A stretch of 63,890 nt of DNA, counting the filler, from an uncultured Methanosarcinales archaeon (GTDB taxonomy: Archaea > Nanobdellota > Nanobdellia > Woesearchaeales > BS150m-G63), in the NCBI GenBank assembly GCA_964630685.1. It is 5 parts of 5 records of this genome, joined end to end, with 100 filler letters (N's around TTAATTAATTAA, not from the genome) between each part and the next. Parts side by side here need not be neighbours in the genome. Positions count along the whole stretch, not along the records: positions 33,317 to 46,640 come from CAZVVW010000018.1; positions 46,741 to 59,234 come from CAZVVW010000019.1; 3 more parts are not named here. One strand, 5' to 3'. The first letter of the stretch is position 1. The number at the start of each line of letters is the position of its first letter. Both the position numbers and the translations under genes were made by a program. This document shows positions 44,970-55,500 of the stretch, in pieces. The notes under the pieces were generated by a model. That model worked only from the letters and a program-made list of their open reading frames with translations, was not told the DNA's origin and made no database searches.

Positions 44970-45140
44970 ATGGTTGAAACAAAATATTGCACTGGTTGCA
45001 AGAAAAATGTGGCAAATATCAATGAATCAGTTAATTTTAAATGTCCTAAGTGTGGTAAACAGGAAATAGTAAGGTGTGGTCATTGTAGAAAAATTGCTGC
45101 GAAATATACTTGCCCAGAATGTGGATTCGTAGGACCTTAG
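44970..45140 (+). CDS. Zn-ribbon protein (DUF1610/HVO_2753 family)
   Basis: FKCPKCG, RCGHCRK, YTCPECGFVGP; upstream of EF-1beta. Confidence 0.9.
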   Translation: MVETKYCTGCKKNVANINESVNFKCPKCGKQEIVRCGHCRKIAAKYTCPECGFVGP

Positions 45141-45146
45141 AATAAA

Positions 45147-45422
45147 ATGGCACAAGTAATAATTAGTATGAAAATTATGCCTAAAAGTCCCGAAGTGGAT
45201 TTAGGTAAAGTTGAAGAAACCGCCAAAAAAGAAATTATTAAAGCAGTTGGTGAAGGAGAAATAAAGGCTAGTGTTAATCCTGTTGCTTTTGGTTTAAAAT
45301 CTTTAGATCTTATGTTTGTAATGAATGAAAATGATAAATTAGATCCTCTTGAAGAAGTTATTGGAACTATAGAAGATGTTAATTCTGTTGAAATTACTGA
45401 TGTTCGTAGAGCTATTGGATAA
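45147..45422 (+). CDS. ef1b: Elongation factor 1-beta
   Basis: KIMPKSPEVDL, PVAFGLKSL. Confidence 0.93.
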   Translation: MAQVIISMKIMPKSPEVDLGKVEETAKKEIIKAVGEGEIKASVNPVAFGLKSLDLMFVMNENDKLDPLEEVIGTIEDVNSVEITDVRRAIG

Positions 45423-45446
45423 TCAATAATTATTAGATTGTTTATA

Positions 45447-45863
45447 ATGAAAAAAGTAATGGTTTTTGGAACTTTTGATATTCTACATAAAGGTCATGAG
45501 AATTATTTTAAGCAGGCTAAAGAATATGGTGATTCTCTAATTGTTGTTGTTGCAAAAGATGATAGTGTGATGAGTTCTAAAGGGGATTTGCCTATGTATA
45601 AAGAAAAGGAAAGATTGTGTAGAGTTATGGAGAATGAAACTGTTGATATGGCTCGGCTGGGTTATGCTTATGATAAATTAAGGGTTGTTGAAGAAGAAAA
45701 ACCAGATGTAATCTGTTTGGGTTATGATCAAAAAGTAGATGAAAAAGAACTTATGGATGAATTGAGTGAAAGGGGGTTAGTGGTGGTGATTAAAAGGATG
45801 AGTGGTTTTGAGGTTGATAAGTATAAATCTTCTATTCTAAAATCATCTATTATTATAAGTTAA
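45447..45863 (+). CDS. ribL: FAD synthase / cytidyltransferase family
   Basis: FGTFDILHKGH, PDVICLGYDQ, YKSS. Confidence 0.85.
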   Translation: MKKVMVFGTFDILHKGHENYFKQAKEYGDSLIVVVAKDDSVMSSKGDLPMYKEKERLCRVMENETVDMARLGYAYDKLRVVEEEKPDVICLGYDQKVDEKELMDELSERGLVVVIKRMSGFEVDKYKSSILKSSIIIS

Positions 45864-46535
45864 TTCTTCAGATTCTTTCCATTTGTGTATCTTGTTATAA
45901 ATTTGTTCCCAATCATATACTCTTGTTATATTTTTGTCTGATTCAATCATATCTATGAGTGCGTGTTTTTCTCCTCTTGTTTTTTCATTTAATCGCTGGT
46001 CTTCTCTTGTTTTTAAGTTCCAAGGATATGAAAAGAGTAACACCTTTTTATCATAAGCTATATCTAATGCTGTGTGAGGCATATCTTCCACCATTAGTTT
46101 GATATCTAGAGAATCCATTTGTGCTGATTTGTCTTGAGAGAAATAAACTTTATCTGGATTGAGGTTGTGTTGTTCTAACCAGTATTTTGTTCTTTCTTGT
46201 GGTTTGTCATAAAACATTGTGCTTCGGAAAGTTATGTAATTTACATCAAATCCTTCTGATTCTAATTTATGAATTGTTTCTATTGAATAAGGTATTGGTT
46301 TTAGGTTTTCAAGAAATCCACTGTTAGAATTTGCTTTTAGAATTTTGCTGAAATCTTCAAAAGTCATGGGTTTTATTAATTTTTCTGGATGTAAAGAGTT
46401 GATTACTTCTTCAAAATGATATGAAAGCCATTGTTCTTTTGATAGGTTTATGTTGAAATGTGGATTGAATATTTTTTCTAATGCTGTTCCACACATTTCT
46501 ACAATCACTTCATCTAAGTCAAATGCTATTTTCAT
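45843..46535 (-). CDS. HAD-family 5'(3')-deoxyribonucleotidase-like protein
   Basis: IAFDLDEVI, YITFR, MVEDMP, YPWN. Confidence 0.8.
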   Translation of the reverse strand: MKIAFDLDEVIVEMCGTALEKIFNPHFNINLSKEQWLSYHFEEVINSLHPEKLIKPMTFEDFSKILKANSNSGFLENLKPIPYSIETIHKLESEGFDVNYITFRSTMFYDKPQERTKYWLEQHNLNPDKVYFSQDKSAQMDSLDIKLMVEDMPHTALDIAYDKKVLLFSYPWNLKTREDQRLNEKTRGEKHALIDMIESDKNITRVYDWEQIYNKIHKWKESEELTYNNR

Positions 46536-46832
46536 TTTTCGAATTTTTTTGAGTAAAAATGAAGGCTTTAGGACTTGTTTCATTTTTTATGAAACCCTGA
46601 AGACTTTTTTAGTCTTTTGGTTTTGCCTTATTGTTTTCATNNNNNNNNNNNNNNNNNNNNNNNNNNNNNNNNNNNNNNNNNNNNTTAATTAATTAANNNN
46701 NNNNNNNNNNNNNNNNNNNNNNNNNNNNNNNNNNNNNNNNTTCTCTTGAAGTATAATAAAAGAAAATTAAGAAAATTATTAATAGTAAAATTGGTGTTGA
46801 ATAAACTAAAAATTGTTTGATTTTGTTTTTCA

Positions 46833-47522
46833 TTATTCTATCTTTATATCCTTAGATATATAACCCTTATCTTTTTGTTTTATTTTCTCTTGTAATAAGT
46901 AATTTAAATTCAATAAAGACTGTTTAGCAATAAAATTATCAGCACCTAAAGAGATTAAAAAAGATCTTAAATCTTGTGGTGCTCGCAGTTCTGTTGGTTT
47001 TTTTGCAAAAGAGGCGAAGATTGTTTTTGTGTTGTATTTCCCACACAGCCTTAGATTTTGCTTTATCCTTCCCATTGATTGTGCTCTTTCAAAAGGGAGT
47101 TTATTAAAAAGATTTGAAAAAGATGTTCCTATAAAAACCTTTTTTTTTGTTGCTAATCTGCAGAAAATATGATTCAACCCAGAATTTCTTTGATGGATAA
47201 AATCTGAACGTGAACTATTTTCTATATCAAATAATAAGTCTATTTTTCCCCTTTCTAGTAAATTTCTATCGGAAGCATCGTCTTTTGAAATTACTATCAC
47301 TATATTTGCTAACTGTTTTGCTTTTGATATCTGTGTTTGCTTATCTATGATTGCAGCTGTATAAATATTAATCTTTGATTGTTTGTTTAATTCTTTTAAT
47401 TTTTCCTTAGAAACCATTTCTGCCAAAGGGTAAGCTAAACAAATCCCATTATAACCTAATAAGTGGGCGAGATGTATAAATTTTATTTCGTTTTTGTTTG
47501 GAAATACTATATCTGCGTGCAT
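46833..47522 (-). CDS. rnp3: RNase P subunit p30
   Basis: SGLNHIFCRLA, ELRAPQDL. Confidence 0.85.
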   Translation of the reverse strand: MHADIVFPNKNEIKFIHLAHLLGYNGICLAYPLAEMVSKEKLKELNKQSKINIYTAAIIDKQTQISKAKQLANIVIVISKDDASDRNLLERGKIDLLFDIENSSRSDFIHQRNSGLNHIFCRLATKKKVFIGTSFSNLFNKLPFERAQSMGRIKQNLRLCGKYNTKTIFASFAKKPTELRAPQDLRSFLISLGADNFIAKQSLLNLNYLLQEKIKQKDKGYISKDIKIE

Positions 47523-47660
47523 AGAGACTAAATAGGTTGTGCAATATAAAAAAGTTGCTTTTAATGATACTTACATTGTAAGTAAATATTAATTAAATAA
47601 GAAGTATGTGATTTAAAGTATGGTTTAAAGTATATAATCCTAAAAGGCTGTGGTATCAAA

Positions 47661-47774
47661 ATCTCCAAAGGAAACAGGGGGGTTATGTGGGGTGTGTTTT
47701 TTTGTTTTTTTTAAATAAATTAGGTTTTAGGGGTTTTTATGTATATATCTCCACAGGAACCAGAGGGGTTATGT
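47661..47774 (+). promoter_or_regulatory. Two ORB-like direct repeats (candidate oriC)
   Basis: atctccaaaggaaacaggggggttatgt (47661-88) and atctccacaggaaccagaggggttatgt (47747-74), 25/28 identical; TCCA..GGAA + G-string. Confidence 0.75.
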
Positions 47775-47907
47775 CGTCTATAAAGAATGTTTTGTAAAGA
47801 TTCCATTTAAAAATGAAAGTATTTATAAAGGAAGGGTAGTTTATAAATGAAATATATTAAGAATTGGAATATTAGAACCAATTCTAAATTAATTGGGGGT
47901 GCTTTAA

Positions 47908-48471
47908 ATGAGTACTAAGAGAGATATTGAAGTTGTAAATATTGTTGTGAGTTCTTCTTTAGAACATGACATTCCATTAGAAAAAATGGCTACTACTTTG
48001 TCTAATACGGAGTATAATCCAGAACAATTTCCTGGATTGGTTATTAGGATTAGAGATCCAAAAACATCTGCATTAATATTTAGTAGTGGAAAAATTGTTT
48101 GTACTGGAGCTAGGTCTTTAGAAAAAGTTGAAGAAAGTATCAAAAAAATAATTAAGAGTTTAGAAAAAATAAATGTTAAAATAACTATAAAACCAGAGAT
48201 CACTGTACAGAATATTGTAGCTAGTGGAAGTGTGGGTATGGATTTAAACCTAAATTCTTTGGCTATGAAACTAGAGAATACAGAATATGAACCTGAACAA
48301 TTTCCTGGATTAGTATATAAAGTAAATGTTAAGGACAAAAACAATAAAGTGTTTAAAGCTACTTTCTTGTTATTTACAAATGGAAAAGTGGTTTGTACTG
48401 GAACTAAGAGCGAAGATAATGTTCATAGAGCATTAGATAAATTAATTGTTAATTTAAAGAAAGTATCTTAG
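47908..48471 (+). CDS. tbp: TATA-binding protein
   Basis: Two repeats of YxPEQFPGLV...LxFxxGKxVCTG. Confidence 0.98.
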   Translation: MSTKRDIEVVNIVVSSSLEHDIPLEKMATTLSNTEYNPEQFPGLVIRIRDPKTSALIFSSGKIVCTGARSLEKVEESIKKIIKSLEKINVKITIKPEITVQNIVASGSVGMDLNLNSLAMKLENTEYEPEQFPGLVYKVNVKDKNNKVFKATFLLFTNGKVVCTGTKSEDNVHRALDKLIVNLKKVS

Positions 48472-48517
48472 ATGCTTTGAGTTGTGTGTGGGGCACAACT
48501 AATTTAATTTTTGTAAA

Positions 48518-50539
48518 ATGGACGCTGTAGAGCAGATAAATACATTTCAAGAATTTTTTGAAAAAGAATACAAAGCTAAATTATTGTCTGCGACACAAAA
48601 GGGAGAAAAATTCCTTAGTGTTTCTTTTTCTGATCTATCTAAATTCAGCCCAGAATTGGCGAGTGAACTTCTTGAAAGGCCTGAAGAAGTAATAAAGGCT
48701 GCAGAGATGTCTATGGATTCTTTTGATTTACCTATAGAGTTATCTAATTTCAGAATTAGATTTAAGGATTTGCCAGATTCTCAAAAAGTATTAATTAAAG
48801 ATATAAGAAGTGTCCACATAAGTAAATTCTTATTTGTTGAAGGCATTGTTAGGCAAAAATCAGATGTTAGGCCACAGGTCACTTCTGCAAAATTTGAATG
48901 TCCTAGTTGTGGAAATATAATCTCTGTTTTACAATTAGAATCTACCTTTAAAGAACCATCTAGGTGTGGTTGTGGAAGAAAAGGCAAATTTAAATTAGTA
49001 GATAAAGAGTTGGTAGACGCACAAAGAATTGTATTAGAAGAGGTGCCTGAATCTTTAGAGGGTGGGGCACAACCAAAAAGAATGGCTTGTTTTTTGAAGG
49101 AAGACCTTGTGAGCCCTTTATCCGATAGGCAAACAAATCCAGGAAATAAAATAATTGTAAATGGTATTGCCAAAGAAATTCCTTTGACTAATCATGCAGG
49201 AACTAAATTGACTAGGTTTGATTTAATCATAGAAGCAAATTATGTTGAACCAATAGAAGAAACGTTTCATGAAATAAAAATAAGTAAAAAAGAAGAAAAA
49301 GAAATTAAAGAATTATCTGTAGACCCTAAATTATTTACTAAACTAGTGGGATCTATTGCTCCAAGTATTTTTGGGTATGATAAAATTAAAGAGGCTTTGT
49401 TATTACAATTAATGGCTGGCGTTAGAAAAACAAGAGATGATGGAGTAGTCACAAGGGGAGATATCCATATGTTGTTAGTGGGAGATCCCGGATCTGGGAA
49501 ATCGCAATTATTAAAAAGAACTAACATAGTTGCACCCAAAGGGAGATATGTTAGTGGAAAAGGTGTTTCTGGTGCTGGACTTACTGCTTCTGTTGTTAAA
49601 GATGAATTTTTGCGTGGTTGGGCTCTTGAAGCTGGTGCGCTAGTATTAGCAAGTGATGGTATTGCTTGTATAGATGAAATGGATAAAATGTCTAAAGAAG
49701 ATACTAGTGCGATGCACGAAGCATTAGAACAACAGACAATAAGTATAAGTAAAGCAAATGTTCAGGCAACGTTGATTGCTAGGACAACTGTATTGGCTGC
49801 TGCAAACCCTAAATTGGGGCGATTTGACCCTTATGGGATTTTGGCAGAACAGATTGCTTTGCCCCCTGCATTAATCAACCGATTTGATCTTATTTTTCCA
49901 GTAAAAGATTTGCCTAATAAAAAAAGAGATGCTAAACTAGCTACCCACATTCTTGAATTGCATAGAAATCCAAAAGAGATTACTGCTCCGATTAAAACAG
50001 AGATGGTTAGAAAATATGTTGCGTATGCTAAACAAAATGTGAGTCCTTTATTAACTGATGCTTCGCTTGAAGAAATAAGAGAATATTATGTAAAAATGAG
50101 GTCTCAGGGAATTAGTGAAGATGGAGGGATTCATGCCATACCTATATCTGCGAGACAGTTAGAGGCCTTAGTCAGGTTGGCAGAAGCATCTGCTCGAACA
50201 AGATTGAGCAAAACGGTAACTAAAAAGGATGCTCAAAGATCTATTAGTTTGATCCATTATTGTTTACAACAAGTCGGGATGGATGTTGAGACTGGAGAAT
50301 TTGATATAGATAGAATTTCTACTGGTGTCTCTGCAACAAAAAGAAGTAAAATAGTTGCAGTTAAAGAAATAATAATTGAATTAGAAAATAAAGTTGGAAA
50401 AATAATCCCTATAGAAGAAGTTGTGAATATAGCAAAAGAAAAGAAAATAGAAGAAGCAGATGTTGATGAAGCTATTGAAAAATTAAAAAGGGGGGGAGAT
50501 TTGTTTGAGCCCAGAAGAGGATTTATTTCAAGAATTTAA
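48518..50539 (+). CDS. mcm: MCM replicative helicase
   Basis: GDPGSGKSQ, IDEMDKM, AAANP, NRFDL; no intein. Confidence 0.98.
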   Translation: MDAVEQINTFQEFFEKEYKAKLLSATQKGEKFLSVSFSDLSKFSPELASELLERPEEVIKAAEMSMDSFDLPIELSNFRIRFKDLPDSQKVLIKDIRSVHISKFLFVEGIVRQKSDVRPQVTSAKFECPSCGNIISVLQLESTFKEPSRCGCGRKGKFKLVDKELVDAQRIVLEEVPESLEGGAQPKRMACFLKEDLVSPLSDRQTNPGNKIIVNGIAKEIPLTNHAGTKLTRFDLIIEANYVEPIEETFHEIKISKKEEKEIKELSVDPKLFTKLVGSIAPSIFGYDKIKEALLLQLMAGVRKTRDDGVVTRGDIHMLLVGDPGSGKSQLLKRTNIVAPKGRYVSGKGVSGAGLTASVVKDEFLRGWALEAGALVLASDGIACIDEMDKMSKEDTSAMHEALEQQTISISKANVQATLIARTTVLAAANPKLGRFDPYGILAEQIALPPALINRFDLIFPVKDLPNKKRDAKLATHILELHRNPKEITAPIKTEMVRKYVAYAKQNVSPLLTDASLEEIREYYVKMRSQGISEDGGIHAIPISARQLEALVRLAEASARTRLSKTVTKKDAQRSISLIHYCLQQVGMDVETGEFDIDRISTGVSATKRSKIVAVKEIIIELENKVGKIIPIEEVVNIAKEKKIEEADVDEAIEKLKRGGDLFEPRRGFISRI

Positions 50540-50541
50540 AA

Positions 50542-51228
50542 ATGGAAAAACCACAACAACCCCAAACAAGACAAATTGCATACAAAACTAGAATTAAAGA
50601 AATACTTGAGGGGGAATATATTAAGGAAGAGGGTTGGACGCCCAATTATGTCTTAAGTGGAAGCAAAAAATTATCCAGGATTAATTTAGTGGGAATAATT
50701 GTGGCAAAATCAGATGTTATTGAGAATATGGAATTTCTTTTAGAAGATAAAGGTGGAAAAATTCCTGTTCGTTTTTTTGAAAAAAATAAATCTTTTGAAG
50801 ATTTGTGTGTTGGTGATTTTGTGTTGATTGTGGGTAGACCAAGAGAATATTCTGGACAAAAATATATTGTTCCTGAAATTGTTAAAAAAGTTGCAAAAGG
50901 TTGGTTTGAATTGCGAATGTTTGAGCTTGGAAGCGCCCAAATTACTAAACAAACAAAAAACAATGAAAAAGAATTAGAAGAAGAGTTAGAAGAAAATACC
51001 CTTAAAAAAACAAGGGATGTCGTTGAAGAGAAAAAATTAATGGAAAACATAATTAAAAGCAAAATCAATTCTGAAGATGTTATTGGGTTTATTCAAAAAT
51101 TAGATAATGGGGGAGGGGCAGATTATGAAGAAGTATTAGAGTGTGCTAAAGATGATAAAATTCTAAAAAATTTACTTGAAGAAGGAGAAATCTTTGAAAT
51201 TCGTCCAGGAAAATTAAAAGTTCTTTAA
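50542..51228 (+). CDS. OB-fold + winged-helix protein (RPA32-like)
   Basis: SRINLVGIIV, VGRPREY, C-terminal GEIFEIRPG. Confidence 0.75.
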   Translation: MEKPQQPQTRQIAYKTRIKEILEGEYIKEEGWTPNYVLSGSKKLSRINLVGIIVAKSDVIENMEFLLEDKGGKIPVRFFEKNKSFEDLCVGDFVLIVGRPREYSGQKYIVPEIVKKVAKGWFELRMFELGSAQITKQTKNNEKELEEELEENTLKKTRDVVEEKKLMENIIKSKINSEDVIGFIQKLDNGGGADYEEVLECAKDDKILKNLLEEGEIFEIRPGKLKVL

Positions 51229-52076
51229 CTAAAAAATAAGGGGGTGATGTAAACTTCTAATAATGCGGATATCCCTAATAATAATAAAGAAATTATTATC
51301 AGATTTGAAGAATCTAAAAGTATTTTTCCAAATTTGTTTGTGTGTGGGCTATTGTTTATTACGGCTATAGAAATTATACTTCCAGCTAAACCTGCAGTAA
51401 AATAAGCTAAAATTTCTGGGACTCCATGTATTATATATCTTACTAACCCTAATGAGACAACATGAAAATATGCACCCATTTTTGCAATTCCTGTTGTTGT
51501 TGCATAAGAACTTAAATGAGACCTTATAAAATTACCTATGGCAGTTCCAATGACTGATGCGTTCCAAGTAAGAATAAATATCGCTCCAGCACCATAAATA
51601 AATGAAAATAAAATGCAGAAAATTAATACTTTTAAGTTATTGAAAAAGATTACTGAGAGGATTGTTAGGGATTGTATTAAGTTTGGTGCTAACCTGTTAT
51701 TTATATTTACTATAGTGTTTGTTTGTGCTTGGAATAAAGAACTTGTGGTGGTTGGTGGGAGAAATGTATACCATAAAGCAAAAGAAACTACTATTCCAAA
51801 AAAAAGGAAAAGAAATGTATTTATGGCTTTTGCATGATCTTTCAGAATAGTTATTTCGCTGAGGTCTGATAAATCTTCTTCTTCTTGTGTTTTTATTGTA
51901 GAATATATAAAAGGTAAACAAGCTAAAACTGTGAGGAAAACTATTGTGAGGCTTGCAAAATCCCTAAAAATCCACAAACTCAATAAAACAGCTACAGAAG
52001 AAAAAAATAACCCATTTAAGAATGCTTTTGATTTCTTTGTTGATCTGGGAGGTAATGCTAGTGATTCTAATACCAT
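51225..52076 (-). CDS. SpoIIM/DUF95 membrane protein
   Basis: IFFNNLKV, WNASVIG, HGVPE, LLEVYITP. Confidence 0.85.
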   Translation of the reverse strand: MVLESLALPPRSTKKSKAFLNGLFFSSVAVLLSLWIFRDFASLTIVFLTVLACLPFIYSTIKTQEEEDLSDLSEITILKDHAKAINTFLFLFFGIVVSFALWYTFLPPTTTSSLFQAQTNTIVNINNRLAPNLIQSLTILSVIFFNNLKVLIFCILFSFIYGAGAIFILTWNASVIGTAIGNFIRSHLSSYATTTGIAKMGAYFHVVSLGLVRYIIHGVPEILAYFTAGLAGSIISIAVINNSPHTNKFGKILLDSSNLIIISLLLLGISALLEVYITPLFFS

Positions 52077-52154
52077 AAGGGTTTTAATTCAAAGGATGTT
52101 TAAATAATTTTTGATAAACGCGTTTTATCGAAAATTTTATAAAAGGGTGTTAAG

Positions 52155-52571
52155 ATGGGTGTTTATATGAATTATGAAAAGATGTTGGAGGAAGGAATTA
52201 AAAACTTGCCTAAAGAGGTATCTAAAAAAGAAAGGTTTGAAATTCCTAAAGTAAAGGGCCATATTCAAGGAAATAGTACAATTATAAATAATTTTAATCA
52301 TGTTGTTGAAGGTTTGGGAAGGCCCCTAGATCATGTTTTAAAATATTTATTAAAAGAGTTGGCCACCCCTGGAGAAATTACGAAAAGCGCACTTATTTTT
52401 AGAAGAAAGGTGTCTGCTTCAAATATAAATGAAAAGATAATAAAATATGCTGAAAAATATGTTATTTGTCCTGAATGTGGAAAACCAGATACTAAACTAA
52501 TAAAAGAAAAATCTGCTACTTTTATGAGGTGTATGGCTTGTGGTGCTAAACACTTAATAAAAGGGAACTAA
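52155..52571 (+). CDS. eif2b: Translation initiation factor 2 beta
   Basis: ERFEIP, LKELATPG, CPECGKPDT, CMACGA. Confidence 0.95.
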   Translation: MGVYMNYEKMLEEGIKNLPKEVSKKERFEIPKVKGHIQGNSTIINNFNHVVEGLGRPLDHVLKYLLKELATPGEITKSALIFRRKVSASNINEKIIKYAEKYVICPECGKPDTKLIKEKSATFMRCMACGAKHLIKGN

Positions 52572-55500
52572 CCAAACCAATGACCTAGCCCTGTTTGGGT
52601 TTCTTTTTCTTCCCCAAAAATACTTGCCACCATTTTTTTAGTAAGAGCTATTGATTGTTTTAAATAAGGTTTCAAGTTATATTTTTCTGAAAGACTTATT
52701 GTAGGGTTTAAATATTTTACAATAGACCCTTCTGAAACAGTAAATATTACTTTCCCCCCACATTTCATACAATTTCCAATTAAGGGTGGTCTCCTATATT
52801 TTTCATTGCAGTGAACACATCTGAAAGCTTGGGTCGAAAATTTTCTTAAATTACCCTTTATATCTTTGATAAAATGTTTTTCAATTACGATTCTTGCTAC
52901 ATCTACTTCATCTACTGCCCTAATCTTTTCTGCTAAAATCATTTGACCTCTTAATTTTTCTTCCATAGAGGGGAGAGTTTTATATGATGAACAAGTTATT
53001 CCAGAATTAATATTATTAATTGGGTGTGTAAATCCAAAATCAGAATATTGTTTAGGCGTATTTAATCTTGATTGAAAAATAGGTATTTTTGTGTCCCAAG
53101 GGTTTTTATACTCTAATGTGGCTTCATAAAATTCTAAAGGATATTTCCAAGAAAAGTCTATATCAAATACCATATCGTCTACTTCTGCAGGAATTAATTT
53201 GGAACTAATAATTAATGGTGAGTCTTGTGTCGATCCCCTATGTGCTGGAAGGTATTGTCTTGAAAAATTCAAAAAGACATCCATTAAAAGTATTGCGCAG
53301 GCTTCGTCCCCATCACAATCTCTCCTTGTTGCTGCATGAAGAACTGGTGAACAATATAACCCTTGAGTATCTGAAAATCCAACTATCCTTCCAACAATTG
53401 CTGCAGAAGTATGTGGCGCTAAAATTGCTACGAGGTGTCCTGCCAGATCTTTATAATTTTTTAATTCATAGTATTTTTTAAGCCCATAGAATTTTACTAA
53501 TAAATTGTCTATAAATTTAGAGATTCTAAGAAATATTTTGTGTGCCCCATCTTCTACTGCCCCTTTGTTTTTTGGAAGAATTATGTCTTGTGGCTTTAAT
53601 TCTAACAATTGGTCTTCTTCTTTTAGTTCTTTCCCATAAATATCTTTTGTGTAACCCATCTGCTTTAGTTTTTCTATGTCTGTTTTTACTTCTGATGGTT
53701 TAAAATGAGTTAAGGGTAATTGAGTCATATCATACCTTGTTGTGCCATCTTTATTTACATAAATTGATTGCTCTGCCCTAAGAATTCCTTTTATTAATGG
53801 TTCGGGTATATGTTCTTTGTTGGATGTTCCTCTCACCCCTTTAATCAAATCAGGGTATACTTTGGTTTTTAGTTTACTTAAAGAATTATTAAAATATTCT
53901 TTGATGTCTAAATCTTGAATTTTGAAGGATGGGTTTTCTCCGTGCTTACATTCTTTTTGGTCTATAGATCCACAAATTTTACAATTATATTTTTTTGTTG
54001 TTTCCAATCCACAAAACTCACAGAGAGGAGATATCCTCGGTTTATTACATTTTTTACAAAAATAAGTTGGAAATTCTGCCCTAACTGTTCCCTCTTCTAG
54101 TGATGCTTGGAAACAACGCAATCTGCCTCCTTGGTCTCCAACGGGAAATAAGGTGTGTGGACTGCCAGTTAATTTTCTCATTTTTGCTTTTTCTGGGCGG
54201 CCCATCCTTGCACCAATAAAGACCCCGGATTTATCTCTAATTTTAATTTCTTGTAATTTATTTATTATCTCTAAAGGTTTATCTTGTGGATTTTGTTTTA
54301 TTGTTTCTTTTACTTTTTGTAGGTATTCTTTTTTAGAAATATTTAAACTGAATGCTAATGCCAATGCTTCTTGTTTTTCTATTACAATAAATTCTTTATT
54401 TACAAATAAATGGGGGAGTCCAATAGATTCTAATGCTGATTTAGTTGTTTCTTCTTGAGGAATTATTATTTTAGATATATCTTTTCCTTGTTTTTGTATA
54501 TTAGAATTTTGAATTGAATTTAATAAAGAACCTAATTGATTTAAAGATATTAAATTCCAGTGGTAGGTGTATTCTGGATGGAGGGGTATTTTCAATTTTT
54601 TGGAGATGTTTATTGCTGCCTTTGAAGAAATTTTTGTTGTGAGGGGGTTTTTTAATAAATGAGAAATGTTTTCTGGTTTTATACCTATTAATTCTGAAAG
54701 TTTATCTAAATCCAAACTCCCAAATAAATTTACTGTACTTTTTTCTAATTCTTGTACCCACCATTCGGGACAGTATCCTGGAGGAACTAAAGGGTGTGCC
54801 CTATTTAAGAAATCCCCATAATTAATTAAAATATCTCCTAAAAAAAGGATATCTTGAATAAAGGGTATTTGTTTTTGTGCTTCTTTTTCTGAATGAATAC
54901 ATACTACTGAACCATTTGTTAATTTTACTATTGGTCCATCTATGGTTTCACAAGGGGTTGTTGTTGTTGCTTTTCCTGGTCTTTCTAGTTTTAATTGGGT
55001 TCCGGTTGCAATATATTTATTTAAAACTATCATTGTTGCTGGATGAACTGATGTTGCTGAATATCCGGAGGTTCTTGACCTCCCGTATCTTAATCTAAAT
55101 CCTCCGGGGGCTAATGGGTGGGTTAATACAGGTCTTCCTGCTACTAGATCTTTTATAAAAGTAAAATCTGGTTTTATTTTTTGTTCTTCTGTTCCTTCTT
55201 CATTTTTTTGTTCTTTTGATTTTATTTTTTTTTGTAAAGAAATGAATTGTTCTAAAAAATCCCATTGTTTGAGTCCAAAGTCGTGGCCCCAATTAGATAA
55301 TTGTTTCCATAATTTGGGCGCTTTTTGTGCTATGCCTTCACCCAAGGTCAAACACACGCCGTTTCTTATTTTGTTGGTTTCTACTCTTGCCAAATCTTTG
55401 TGGTTAGATACTTCTATTTTTTCTGATGGTCCTCCATCTATTTGTACGGGAAGATGTTTGACAAGAAATTCTATTTCTTCTATAGATGGGAGATATTGTA

